Positions 50,050-63,230 of a stretch of DNA of 64,000 bases are shown piece by piece. This stretch comes from Octopus sinensis (taxonomy: Eukaryota). Position 1 is the first letter of the stretch. Every line of letters starts with the position of its first letter. Below the pieces are notes generated by a model, which saw nothing but the letters and a program-made list of their open reading frames with translations, ran no database searches and had not been told where the DNA came from. The translations under genes were made by a program, and so were the position numbers. The DNA lies in contig NC_043010.1 in assembly GCF_006345805.1 (NCBI RefSeq), positions 16,678,001-16,742,000 of the forward strand. The letters run 5' to 3'.

Positions 50050-51195
50050 CATATACATACACATACACATGAAGGCTGAATTAAAAATAATGGAGAATAC
50101 TTAAGTATAATGTTAAAACTATAAACTTATATATAATGGTTTGTGATGTAAGCTCAAGACCAGTAATTTTGAGGAGGGGTTTGTTAATACCATGGGCCCC
50201 AATACCTTACTGGTACTTTATTTTATCAACTCTGGATAGAGGAAAGGCAAGGTTGACCTCAGCAGGATTTACACTCAGAGTCAGCAGAAATAGCAGAAAG
50301 CATTTTCCCAGCACTTTGATCATTCTGCCCATTTGCCATCTTCATCATATATAACAAGTAGATGGCAACAGATAATGAAAAGCCTATAAAGAAATGTGAC
50401 CATTGAATGCCAACCATTTGATAGCAACAGAAAAGAAATGAATGTATGTAAGCGTGCAAACAGTTGTTCAAATGGAGCAGTTTGTAATTGGATTGGATTT
50501 AAAGATATCTTGGAGAGAGAAGATATAAATGAGGAAAGGAAAAGAAATTATAAGCCAAATAATTGATAAGATTATGTTTGCAAAGTTGCCAAGCTTATGA
50601 AATATTATATACACACGCATGCTACATGTGCACATACATGCTGGCATATGTTTGTGTGTGTTTATATATATATATATATATGGGAGAGAGAGAGAGAGAA
50701 AAAGAGATTAAGTTAAAAGGTTTTCATTAAAACAATCATGATGTGTGTAAGTGTATTTTGTGCATCTAAATGCATAGATAAAGTATGAAGAAGCCCTGCA
50801 TCTATGAAAGTGTGTGTTTGTGTGTCTGTAGGGTGTGTGTGATTTATGTAAATATGCAAAGATTTATGCATCAAAATCTCCATTGATATTGGATAGATTA
50901 AACATGAAAATATAATATGGGCTAGGAAAAATATTAAGTACAACAGAAAATTGCTTGAGAGGGGAGAGAGAGGTAAAAATGGGAGGGGAGGGGTATTGAA
51001 AGAAATAACAACAAAAGGTGGGTAGAGAAAATGGCAGCAGCAACAAGGGTCAAAGGAGAGTTTGCTGAGAAAGAGGGCAGTTAGACCACAGGGAGACAGA
51101 CGGGTAGCTCTTTAGATACATGGAAATAGACAATTATATAAGGCAGCTGAAACACACACACACACATGCACGCATTTAATTACAGACATAGATGC

Positions 51196-51226
<31 letters not shown>

Positions 51227-51244
51227 TCATATATATAAGATGCT

Positions 51245-51677
51245 GGTGTCACATAATTGGTACCTGTGCTGGTGGCACGTAAAAAACACCTTTCATGTGT
51301 TAGGCCTCACAGAGGCAAGGTGGCTGATACCGATGGCACATGAGAAGCACCTTTCGAGTGTTGGGTCTCACAGAAGTAATGACTGAGACCTTTGGTATTA
51401 TGTCATGCTTGAGAAGAAGACCCATCAAGCCAAGTAAAATTGCAGTTGTGACAGATACTGGTGTCATGCAAATGGCACCCATGCTGGTGGCATGTAAAAG
51501 CACCCATTACACTCTTGGAGTGGTGGGTGTTAGGAAGGGCATCCAGCTGTAGAAACCCTGCCAAATCAGACTGGAGTCTGGTGCAGCCTTCCAGCTTGCC
51601 AGCCCTGGTCAAACCATCCAACCCATGCCAGCATGGACAACAGACACTAAATGAAGATGATGATGATGATGATGATA
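51245..51677 (+). mobile_element. RTE 3' fragment
   Basis: Hairpin units interleaved with ORF-end sequence (GTTAGGCCTCACAGAGGCAA), terminal block, (GAT)n tail. Confidence 0.8.
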
Positions 51678-52159
51678 TATTGTCAGTAATTCACATATCT
51701 AAAACAGAAGCACATTTAAAAGCATTAGAGAGTAATGTCATAAATGAGCCATTTGAGGCTAACAAGTCCCCTAATGAGTGCTAAGCATTTTATAGCTGCA
51801 AAACTAATGGTCACTCTATGACTAGCCATAACTTTGAACTTCCTAAAAAATTAAGATTTCAAAATAACTCATATCTTATTCATCTGCCACTCACTTTTTG
51901 TGCCATTGCAAATACAGATGTCCAGTCATACTGACCAATCCCGATTCTCTTTTCTATTCAACTTCTTGAACTCTGAGACTATGTCCTCACATCTCATTAC
52001 CATCATCTTTTCTCTTTCTCTCTTTCCACCTGGGAGAGCCAAGTATATCTTCTACAGCAAGATACCTGTGCTCGTTTCTCTACTTTACTTTAAACTCTTA
52101 TCACCCCTCTCATCACCTCCTCTTAACACTACAACCCCATGGAAATGAGAAGTCTTGCA

Positions 52160-52360
52160 AGCTGCTTGGTCACACCACTGATGCTGGCAGCACAACCTCC
52201 ACCCCGCCCAGTACACCTTGTAAAGTGGTTGGCATTAGGAAGGGCATCCATCCATAGAAACTATGCAGAAGCAGACATTGGAGGTGGACACAGCTCACCA
52301 GATCCTGTCAAACCATCCAACTCCATTCCAGCATGGAAAATGGACATTAAATGATGGCGA
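52160..52360 (+). mobile_element. Diverged RTE 3' end
   Basis: GTGGTTGGCATTAGGAAGGGCATCC...CCAGCATGGAAAATGGACATTAAATGATG. Confidence 0.7.
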
Positions 52361-52804
52361 TGTGTGTGTTGGTGTCTACTTGTCTTCGCACTACTTGATA
52401 ATTGTAAATGAGTGCCACTGTTGTTCAAGGACTTTCAATATTCCGAAAAACATGTTAGGCCTTGGGAAAATATTACCTTTCTTAGAACAAAGTGAGAGTT
52501 GACAGCAGGAAGGATGTCCGGCCATGAAATGTGTCTCACCTCATTCTACCTGACTCATGTTAGCATGAAAAAGGAGAAGTTTAAACGATGACGATGTGTG
52601 TTTGGGTGGGGGTGGTGGTGGGGGAGAACAAGAGTTTGCTTGATAAGTATTGACACACTAAAAGACAGACATATAAACCAGACAAAAGAAACAGAATGAA
52701 AGAGAAAGAGAGGGGAGAGAGATGTGGATAGATTCAAAAGAGAAAAACCAAACAAGAAAAGTCAACTGTTTCTTGTTTTGATCATCAGACCATGATTCTG
52801 CAAC

Positions 52805-53190
52805 AATTTTATTTCAGAATAAATATCAAATGGAAATTGTACTTGTGATACATGTGCCACGTAAAAAGCACCATCTGAACGTGGCCGATGCCAGCGCTAC
52901 CTTGACTGGCTTCCGTGCCGGTGGCACGCAAAAAGCACCAACCGATCATAGCCACTGCCAGCATCCCCTGGCACCCCTGCTGGTGGCACGTAAAAAGCAC
53001 CCACTACACAGTGGTTGGCATTAGGAAGGGCATCCAGCTGTAGAAACACTGCCAGACCAGACTGGAGCCTGGTGCACCATCTGGCTTCACAGACCCCAGT
53101 TGAACCGTCCAACCCGTGCTAGCATGGAAAACGGACGTTACACGATGATGGTGGTGGTGATGATAATGATGATGGTGATGATGATGATGA
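52805..53190 (+). mobile_element. RTE 3' UTR fragment
   Basis: Three hairpin units, terminal block, (GAT/GGT)n tail. Confidence 0.85.
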
Positions 53191-53775
53191 AATTACAATA
53201 TTTTGTTATAATTCGTATTTAAAAATATATTTTATAAAAGTCCAACCCATGCCAACACGGAAAACAGATGTTAAGTAGATGATGATGATTTATACAATTT
53301 AATCTATAAATATAATTTTAACTAAACACACACACACAAAAAAAAACTCAGAAAAACAAACACTGAATTACTTTTTCACTCAATAATGGAAATATATTTA
53401 TCAATTATTTCAGTTTACATTTTCCAGTTTTTAAATCTAAAATTATGTTTTGCGGCAGACCTAACTGCATCTTGAGATGCACCGACATACCACGAGGATG
53501 CACTTTTTAGAAACCAGTGTCTTATGGAATAAAATAAGATAAATCAACAACACCAATTGCATCAAAGTACACTTAGTAATCTGTAAACAGGATCTTTAAG
53601 TACTAATGAAGTACTGAGATCATTGCATTCATTTATATATGGTGAGGGAGGAGGGAGTTCTGGAGAAAGTTGACAATGTTTGTGCCTGGTTTGAAAGTAG
53701 AAAGGTGGCACAAAATAAAGGTTTGACACTCAGCCATTTCCAGCCATTTTGTTGCTTTAATAATATGTAGACTAT

Positions 53776-53981
53776 TTTACTCTTTTACTTGTTTCAGTCA
53801 TATGACTGCGGCCATGCTGGAGCACCACCTTTAGTCGAGATAATCAACCCCCGGGACTTATTCTTTGTAAGCCTAGTACTTACTCTATCGGTCTCTTTTG
53901 CCGAACCACTAAGTTACGGGGACATAAACACACCAGCATTGGTTGTCAAGCGATGTTGGGGGGACAAACACAGACACACAA

Positions 53982-54035
<54 letters not shown>

Positions 54036-54220
54036 TATATATATATACCATTATACAACGGGCTTCTTACAGTTTCCATCTACCAGATCCACTCACAAGG
54101 CTTTGGTCAGCCCGAGGCTATAGTAGAAGACACTTGCCCAAGATGCCATGCAGTGGGACTGAACCCAGAACTATGTGGTTGGTAAGTAAGCTACTTACCA
54201 CACAGCCACTCCTGCACCTA
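53776..54220 (-). mobile_element. SINE family B, full length
   Basis: Reverse complement of the 24435 pattern with an expanded internal (CA)n(TA)n. Confidence 0.9.
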
Positions 54221-55333
54221 TAGACTATAAACGATAATAATTCTCTCTAATTTTAGCCCAAGGCTAGCAATTTTGAGGGGTGGGGGCAAGTCACTTACAT
54301 CAACCCTGTCCCCCAGTATTTGATTGGTATTTTATTTTATCAACCCAGAAAGGACGAAAGGCAAAGGTGACCTCAGTGGGATTTGAGTTTAGGACACAAA
54401 AAGCCAGACTAAATGCTATTGAGGACTTTGTCCAATGGGTTAACGATTCTACTTTCGTGTGTTGGATGTGTAGCTTTTTAATCAATATTTTAACACACAA
54501 ACAATAAAGTCTGTTCTTATTAATATTGGCTCTATCACCACCACCACCACCACCATTATCATTGTTATCATCTTCATCACTACTATCCTCATTGTCATAA
54601 TACAAGCATGTGTGTGTGTGTGTGGTTATCATCATCATCTTCCTATTATTGTATGTCTGCTTTTCCATGTTGGCATGGATTAGATGGATAATCACAATCC
54701 TGTCAGTGCTGCCTTCCTACAGGGGTCAGAGGACCAAGTCTCATTCAGTCATCTCAGTTTTAGCAATGTTCTTATGACCAGATGCTCTTCCGGACAACAA
54801 ATCCCTCCACAGAGTGCATTCTATCATGCATTCTATCATGGCACCAGTGCTAAAGAGATTGACACGTCCTCAACATGACTGAAGTAAAGAGCCCTCTTGA
54901 CCCTTGTTCTACAACCATATTTACAAAGTGTAACAGGGGCATTTAGTTGTATTAAAACCCCTCACGCACATTTCTACATTTTTCACCAATGCCAGTTAGT
55001 AAAGGGTACACACAATAGCAAGAAAAAAAAAAAGAAGAAACAGACACTTTAAGAATGAAGTCCCTTGAAAATCCCTGAATCACAGACATTTCCTTGTTAT
55101 TGTTGTCATCGAAGAACTACAGGGGACCAATGTTCGGTCTGCTACAAATGACAATATTGCCGAGAAATTGTGATAGGGAATAATGATTCAAGTAGGACAA
55201 AAAGATTTCAGAAAATGCCAAGATAATCCTGTTGTGAGATGTTGGTTTACGTAGAAAAATAAATGCAGAAAAATTGAACATATTCTCAGACAAACCATTG
55301 TTCTTCTGATATTTGAAGACCAGCAGATAAATA

Positions 55334-55410
<77 letters not shown>

Positions 55411-56994
55411 AAATCTAGAAAGAAATGGTCTAAATCTAAAGACTTGAAAATTGAGCTATATGGAATGGGGAAGCTTGAAAGCATCAATAATGACACTGAT
55501 ATATGTGTGGTGTGTGTTTATGTGTGTATATATATATATATACAGAGAGAGAGAGAGAGAGAGAGAGATGGGGAACAGAAAGATGGGGAGAGTGAGAGAG
55601 ATAAGTATATATATGGAGTAATTCTATGTGTGATTGAAATGCTAATAACAAAATATATAAAAAGAGAAAAATAAAACAGAAGATTGCACACAAAAACAAA
55701 AGCATTGATAAAACAGCACTCATAGATATTGCACACATCTTGATATTACTGACAAAAGTAAAAAAAAAAAGCCGCAACAGAGAAAAGTGATGTCGGCCAG
55801 CATTAAATGCAATTTGTTTCTGTTCAGTAGAAGTAATTCTATAAAGGATAAAAAAAAAAGAATTTTAAAATTAAAGGTTAATAAATATGTAAAACTACTT
55901 TGAAAGCAGGAAAATTTAGAAATATATAATGTGTGATTAGTGAAAAACCTGAAATCCAAGATTTCAAACAAGGATTGGCTTTTGAAATATCTTGGAATAA
56001 ATAAACATCAGAGAATGCAACAGTTAAAAGGGGGGAAATCAGGAGAGAAAGAGATTAAAATCAATAGTTGTAACAGAATTGAACACAAAAGAACCAATAG
56101 ATTGTTAATACATTAACAGGACAAAGTTATCAATTATAGTTTTAATGGAACGAGGTGGATTAGGAGATTAGAAAAAATTTAATGGAAGCAGTTAAAGACT
56201 TCAACCAACGGTAAATGTTTGGTGGGGGTGGGGTGAGAGCCCCTTACATGGTCATTGAACTAGCTTAAAAAATAACAGCCAAATCTCCCTCAAATCACAC
56301 CTTATTTTCTTAAAAACGAAGGTGGGGGGGGGGGGCATTAGATAATGTTTAAGCAGAGCTGACCTGGAACTAAACAACAACATAAGTGACGTTGACAAAT
56401 ATGCTTTTCTTTCAGGCACAGTGTATCTAGGTGTATAAAGACGAGGAGTAACGAGGGAGAGTTGGATACTATTTTTAGCATAACCACTAACTACAAAAAG
56501 GATCCCTCATTGTCTACGATGGACTTTTACATCATGGAAATTACTATAAAATTCTCTCCCCACTTCCCCAATTATTTAATTAAATACCAAGTAGAAAAAC
56601 AGGAGTTGATTAATTAAAAACAATAATTAAGAAACACAAGTAATAAGCGATTCTACTGTTATGTTGTGTGAGCAGAGACAAGCAGGAGGAGGAGGCGGCG
56701 GAAAATGTGTGGAATGGAAATAATAAATTAGAATACTGTGTGAAAAATAATAAATATTCATAAAGTAAAACACTGCATAAATTATTGTTGTCTCTGGGTT
56801 CGGAAAGCATATAATATGAATCTGACAAGAGTTGAAAGTGAAGGGTTTTAAGTGACAGCTACCACTTAGCAGGAATTAGTTAAAGAATCTCATAAACTGC
56901 AGTAATTGACTGTGGAGAAGAGAAAGGAATATTGAATTCCAGTCTCAAAGATTGTTCAGTGTAAGCAAAAATTGAATATATAATCAGAGTTTTC

Positions 56995-57412
56995 TTTTAT
57001 CTTTTACTTTTCTTTTACTTGTTTCAGTCATGTGACTGTGGCCATGCTGGAGCACCACCTTTAGTCAAGCAAATCGACCCCAGGACTTATTCTTTGGAAG
57101 CCTAGTACTTATTCTATCGGTCTCTTTTGCCGAACCACTAAGTTACGCGGACGTAAACACACCAGCATCGGTTGTCTAGCAATGCTAGGGGGACAAACAC
57201 AGACACACAAACATACACGCACACATATACATATATATACATATATACGACGGGCTTCTTCCAGTTTCCGTCTACCAAATCTACACACAAAGCTTTGGTC
57301 GACCCGAGGCTATAGTAGAAGACACTTGCCCAAGGTGCCATGCAGTGGGACTGAACCTGGAACCATGTGGTTCGTAAACAAGCTACTTACCACACAGCCA
57401 CTCCTACACCTA
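56995..57412 (-). mobile_element. SINE family B, full length
   Basis: Near-consensus copy. Confidence 0.9.
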
Positions 57413-57847
57413 TAGAGTTGGTAACTATGTATTGTAGAAACTTTGTCAGTTCTACAGAATTGGAACAGAAAATATCCCCCACCATACACATAAGAAATAA
57501 TGTCTGAAAAAGACAGAACAACCAGAAGACATGTCTCAAACCTAGTGACAGGAAATAGGGCAGAAAAAGAGATTTTAAAAATGCCTATTTACAAATGTTT
57601 CGATTTGATTTGATAAAAATATTTCTCTGAAGGAATTAGAGGAACTTTCTTAATATAAAATGTATCAGCGTCGTAGCATGGCCTGTTCAATGGAGTAAAC
57701 ACCTTTAAATTCTAAGTCCTAGAACATGTCTGTAATAGAGACAAGGCAGCCACGGCTGAGAAATATCAATGAAAAGGGTTCAGCTGAAACATCATGTGAC
57801 ACACAGTTATGATTGTTTCTCTGATGTTGAATCTGTGAATGATTACG

Positions 57848-57895
57848 AATAATAATAATGAAATTATTGTATACAGTGCTCAGGTGCACCACAAC
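57848..57895 (-). mobile_element. 48-bp 3' terminus of the CR1-type LINE
   Basis: AATAATAATAATGAAATTATTGTATACAGTGCTCAGGTGCACCACAAC is identical to the end of the element at 63231. Confidence 0.85.
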
Positions 57896-57988
57896 GAATG
57901 GTTGCAACTGTATTCTCCCAAACATATGAGGAACAAGCTGGAGTCAGTTGTCTCAAAAATAATTGAGGTAAATTACCCTGGGACACCT

Positions 57989-58219
57989 ATTTCTTTACTA
58001 CCCACAAGGGGCCAAACACAGAGGAGACAAACAAGGATAGACAGACGGATTAAGTTGATTATATCAACCCCAGTGCATAACTGATACTTATTTAATTGAC
58101 CCTGAAAGAATGAAAGGCAAAGTCTACCTTGGCGGAATTTGAACTCAGAACGCAGCGGCAGACGAAACACCGCTAAGCATTTCGCCCGGCGTGCTAACGT
58201 TTCTGCCGGCTTGCCACCT
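57989..58219 (-). mobile_element. SINE family A with a 16-bp TSD
   Basis: TSD TTACCCTG(G/A)GACACCT at 57973-57988 and 58220-58235. Confidence 0.93.
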
Positions 58220-58564
58220 TTACCCTGAGACACCTGCTGCATGAAATCTTAACAGTAAACTGGGCACTAACATATTTGATGTAGATAGCTGCAAACTTTT
58301 ATTATAACTATGTTCTTTGTGATCCTTATTTTTATCCTTTTTATGCTTTCAGTTGTTAGGATGTGACCATACTGGAGCCTCTCCTTCAGTAGTTTTTAAT
58401 CAATCCTAATGACTTTGATATAATCACCTTCATAGTGTATATAATATATAAAGCATTATACATCATGTTTGGTTGACAATATTCATGTTTGAATGAGTGT
58501 ATATATTTGAACAAGACTATATTTCCTGTTAGGACGTGTGCATTTATCATGCTTGAACTAGTGC

Positions 58565-58607
<43 letters not shown>

Positions 58608-58612
<5 letters not shown>

Positions 58613-59305
58613 TACACTGCTTTATTTTGAGATTGCTAGTGTTAACAATACTCGCAAATAAAATACAGACTGGAGTTGTAGTGCCCCAAGTGAGCTATAT
58701 TCCGCTTAATAATTTCAATGGAGGCAATACAAGCAGGAACTAGAGGAACATAATTAATAACCACACTCAAAATCAAATATATACTTATATTCTTCTACAT
58801 TTATAAAACGGATATAAAAATCCCAAATATATAAATATAAAAATACTTATAAATAGATAAATATCGATATGATACATAAAACACAGTGAATTTTAAATTT
58901 AAAAGTTATAATACTTTGGTGTAATAAAAATTTGAGATGATAAAGCATTAAAAGGGCGTACTGAAATACCACGAAAATATTGCAAAAATTTTAAAATTCC
59001 ATCTACGGGCTGTTTCAGAGACGTGCCAAGTAATATGATGTATTTCATATTTTGAAAACTGACAGTCCCCTCATCAGGATGTTTTCACACAATACAGGAA
59101 AAGCAAATACAGAAATACAATTATACAATTTCATACCAGCCAGCCGATATTTATTTATATGTATTTTTAGATTTATATATTTGGAATTTTTATGTTCATT
59201 TTATAAATGTAGAAGAATATATGTATATATTTGATTTTGAGTGTGGTTATTAATTATGTTCCTCTAGTTTTCACTTGCATTGCCTCCACTGAGATTATTG
59301 AGCGG
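58608..59305 (-). mobile_element. Penelope-like pLTR with an inverted partial copy (foldback) and a hammerhead
   Basis: Inverted arms 58702-58866 and 59145-59305; hammerhead in the spacer; minus-strand AATAAA close to the 58608 end. Confidence 0.6.
59000..59081 (-). ncRNA. Type I hammerhead ribozyme, copy 1
   Basis: Minus strand CATC-CTGATGA-GGGGAC[long stem II]GTCTCT-GAAAC-AGCCC-GTA-GATG; invariant core intact; stem I CATC/GATG; predicted cut after GUA, between 59004 and 59003. Confidence 0.75.
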
Positions 59306-59307
59306 TA

Positions 59308-59653
59308 TCATCATCATCATCATTTAGCGTCTGCTTTCCATGCTAGCATGGGTTGGACGGTTCAACTGGGGTCTGGGAAGCCAGAAGGCTGCACCAGGCC
59401 CAGTCTGATCTGGCAATGTTTCTACGGCTGGATGCCCTTCCTAACGCCAACCACTCCGTGAGTGTAGTGGGTGCTTTTTACGTGCCAGACGAGGCTGGCA
59501 AATGGCCATGATCGGATGGTGCTTTTTACGTGCCACCGGCACGGAGGCCCATCAGAGCGGCGCTGGTACCGGCCACGTTCGGAATTTGATTCGCTTACGT
59601 GCCACCGGCACTGGTATCACAGCTACAATTTCCATTGATGTTGATTGATTTCA

Positions 59654-59655
<2 letters not shown>
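59308..59655 (-). mobile_element. RTE 3' UTR fragment (in duplicated unit 1)
   Basis: (CAT)n tail, terminal block, three hairpin units. Confidence 0.9.
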
Positions 59656-59693
<38 letters not shown>

Positions 59694-60080
59694 TACACTG
59701 CTTTATTTTGAGATTGCTAGTGTTAACAATACTCGCAAATAAAATACAGACTGGAGTTGTAGTGCCCCAAGTGAGCTATATTCCGCTTAATAATTTCAAT
59801 GGAGGCAATACAAGCAGGAACTAGAGGAACATAATTAATAACCACACTCAAAATCAAATATATACTTATATTCTTCTACATTTATAAAACGGATATAAAA
59901 ATCCCAAATATATAAATATAAAAATACTTATAAATAGATAAATATCGATATGATACATAAAACACAGTGAATTTTAAATTTAAAAGTTATAATACTTTGG
60001 TGTAATAAAAATTTGAGATGATAAAGCATTAAAAGGGCGTACTGAAATACCACGAAAATATTGCAAAAATTTTAAAATTC

Positions 60081-60162
60081 CATCTACGGGCTGTTTCAGA
60101 GACGTGCCAAGTAATATGATGTATTTCATATTTTGAAAACTGACAGTCCCCTCATCAGGATG
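60081..60162 (-). ncRNA. Type I hammerhead ribozyme, copy 2
   Basis: Identical to 59000-59081, offset by 1081 bp. Confidence 0.75.
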
Positions 60163-60387
60163 TTTTCACACAATACAGGAAAAGCAAATACAGAAATACA
60201 ATTATACAATTTCATACCAGCCAGCCGATATTTATTATATGTATTTTTAGATTTATATATTTGGAATTTTTATGTTCATTTATAAATGTAGAAGAATATA
60301 TGTATATATTTGATTTTGAGTGTGGTTATTAATTATGTTCCTCTAGTTTTCACTTGCATTGCCTCCACTGAGATTATTGAGCGGTAT

Positions 60388-60735
60388 CATCATCATCATC
60401 ATTTAGCGTCTGCTTTCCATGCTAGCATGGGTTGGACGGTTCAACTGGGGTCTGGGAAGCCAGAAGGCTGCACCAGGCCCAGTCTGATCTGGCAATGTTT
60501 CTACGGCTGGATGCCCTTCCTAACGCCAACCACTCCGTGAGTGTAGTGGGTGCTTTTTACGTGCCAGACGAGGCTGGCAAATGGCCACGATCGGATGGTG
60601 CTTTTTACGTGCCACCGGCACGGAGGCCCATCAGAGCGGCGCTGGTACCGGCCACGTTCGGAATTTGATTCGCTTACGTGCCACCGGCACTGGTATCACA
60701 GCTACAATTTCCATTGATGTTGATTGATTTCAATA
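60388..60735 (-). mobile_element. RTE 3' UTR fragment (in duplicated unit 2)
   Basis: Duplicate of 59308-59655. Confidence 0.9.
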
Positions 60736-61352
60736 TAAATATATATATATATATATATAATGTTTGAACAAGTGTATATCATGCTTGAATGAGTGTGTAT
60801 AATGAGATATAACTGAAAATAACAAGGAATGGCATTAGAACTGCATCACGGCTATATCTTTTTCAGAACATTTATGGTATAAAGGTAGAGATGAGTATAG
60901 AGAGAGACATTATACAAATCTGTCAGTAGCTGTCCCTTACAGTCAACCAACCATGAATATACCACTGTGGTATATGGAAAGGAAATGAAAGTGGATATGA
61001 TGAACGCTCTCAGTTAAACTTGAAACATGATTATATAAAATAAACAGTGTGTGTTTAATCAAGAGTATACTGTGTTTGTTAATAGTATAGGAAATAGAAA
61101 ATCGATAAAACTAGTGTTTGAATGCAGTACACCTTGAACATGGGACTGACACCCATTTAGTTCTATGATTAATCAGACAAATTTAGTACAGTTGAACCAT
61201 TAGTTCCTCACAAGAACCTCACAGACTCAATAACCAAAGACGGAACAAATGGCTAAAGCAGTTGATTTTGAGAACAGATCAACATAGAGAGGCTAGAATT
61301 TACAGTTTGGACTCAATAGCACCAACAGATCATATACATGCAGGGTTAGAGA

Positions 61353-61455
61353 CACACTGACTGGCGTGCGTTTATATATATACACACACTTACTGGATAA
61401 GAGTGTGTTTATATACACACTGGCTGGCATGTGTTTATATATACACACTGACTGG
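61353..61455. repeat. ~30-bp degenerate minisatellite, 3-4 units
   Basis: CACACTGACTGG...GTGTTTATATA units. Confidence 0.75.
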
Positions 61456-61511
61456 AACAGGTTGATTACCATGCCTTGCTATGATTACTAATAGTTGTCG
61501 AGGTATCTTTT

Positions 61512-61950
61512 ACCTGTTTCAGTCATTAGACTGTGGCCATACTGGAGCACCACCTGGAAGAACTCTTTGGTTGAATGAATCAACCCCAGGGCCTATTCTA
61601 CTTTTTTTAGCCTGATACTTATTTTCTCAGGGATGTAAACAAACCAACACTAGCTGTCAAGTGCTGGTGGGACACACACACACAAACATGCACACACACA
61701 CATACACACAAACGCATACACATGCATACACAAACATGCACACACACATGTATACAAACATGCATGCGCACACACACACACACACACACACATGATGGGC
61801 TTCTTTCAGTTTCTGCCAACCAAATCCATTCGCATGGTGGTCGTTGGTTTCAGCTTATAGAAGACACTTGCCCAAGCTGTCACCCAGTGGGATTGAACAC
61901 AAAACCATGCCGTTGGGAAGCAAACTGCTTAAACCCACAGCCATGCCTTT
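61512..61950 (-). mobile_element. Diverged SINE family B
   Basis: CCTGTTTCAGTCATT..CTGTGGCCAT.CTGGAGCACC...AGAAGACACTTGCCCAAG...GGGATTGAAC. Confidence 0.75.
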
Positions 61951-62189
61951 ACCGACTGGTAGTGTTTTATTGATCAAAAGCAATTGCTTTTGAACAACAA
62001 TTGAATTATATTTGAAATATGGGAAATAGAGTAAAGAAAGAAAAAGGTTGTATTATAGTGTGTGTGTGTACACATGTGCATGTACATACATATGCACACA
62101 CCACACACATGCATGCCTCTCGTTTTGTTGTGCATATGGGGGGGGCAGTTGGTGCATAAGGAAGTGATGGGTTTCCCAATTTAGAGAAA

Positions 62190-62310
62190 CCTGTGGAAGG
62201 CTAAAACCAAAGAAGTCTTGGAACAAAGTTGTGAAGACTAACCTCAAAATGTTGCATTTTATGGTGAAGATGATAAAAGACTGATTGAAGAACCAACCAC
62301 TTATGGCAAA
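62190..62310 (+). pseudogene. Very old RTE ORF end
   Basis: CGRLKPKKSWNKVVKTNLKMLHL resembles GRGRPRKTWDEVVKHDLRVLGL. Confidence 0.55.
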
Positions 62311-63230
62311 ATGTACTTTGATATAAGGGTGGTATTTAGAGGTAATGATATCTTTGTACCCTACTCACCCTTCAACTTGTTTCCGTGATCCTCCCTACCT
62401 CTCATCTGCTCCCCTCTTCTCTTTCACCCACTGTACATGTGTACATACATATATATACATAGGCATATACACACATACATACATGCATATACATATGTAT
62501 GTACATATATTCAAGCAAACATGTCTGATGCTAAGTATCTTTAGCAGAGATGAGTTTTTGCATACTGTGTTTAAACCATTGATAAATTTCATTTTCATAT
62601 CTTGCAATCATTGACATCTTAATTATGTGATATTATTTCAAAGGTCATATGACCAGACGTTAAAAGGTTAAGTCATTGTAGACCTCTGGGTATTAAACAC
62701 ACACATTAGGCATTTCCCAGGGGGGCAGCGAATTTAGCCACTTGAGCGTGGAGAGCATCAAGCAAGCATCATTGGTGAGAAAAATAAAAGGTACGCAGCT
62801 CTATAAATACACAGGTCTCTCACTCGTACAACACACATATATATGTTTATACACACATACATGTATACACACACACATATTTGTGTACACACACATATTT
62901 GTGTACACACACACACATATATATATATTTACACAAACACACATATATATTTTATTAGAAGCTGCAGTTTTTTGCATCCTATTACAAATAGAAGAAAGGA
63001 AACAATATGACATTATAGAAGCAAAAATGGTTTTTAAATACATTGGAATATGATTGGTCATCAAGATTTGATGACTTGTCCTACAAAGTGGTTCCACTTA
63101 GACATTAGAGATGGTGAGTAAAACAACGGAATGGATACAGCAGACGTGTGGAAAGTATGAAGTTTCACAAAAGAAATAAATGACAGGTGAACCAGTGACT
63201 GAACAGAGCAAAGCAGATGAAACTGTATTT

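Larger units (their letters stand above)
58608..60758. repeat. Tandem duplication, period ~1.08 kb
   Basis: TTAAATACACTGC starts at 58608 and 59689; the units differ by about two 1-bp indels and one substitution read by eye; (TA)n at all junctions. Confidence 0.97.

Noticed and set aside
55080-55320. Possible transposase remnant
   Set aside because: No catalytic motif or TIR recognised in any frame.
10219-58219. tRNA genes
   Set aside because: All A/B-box sequences run into SINE bodies; no complete cloverleaf was seen.
60867-60884. 18-nt microexon-like AG/GT pair (NIYGIK)
   Set aside because: Such short pairs arise by chance in 64 kb; no supporting context.
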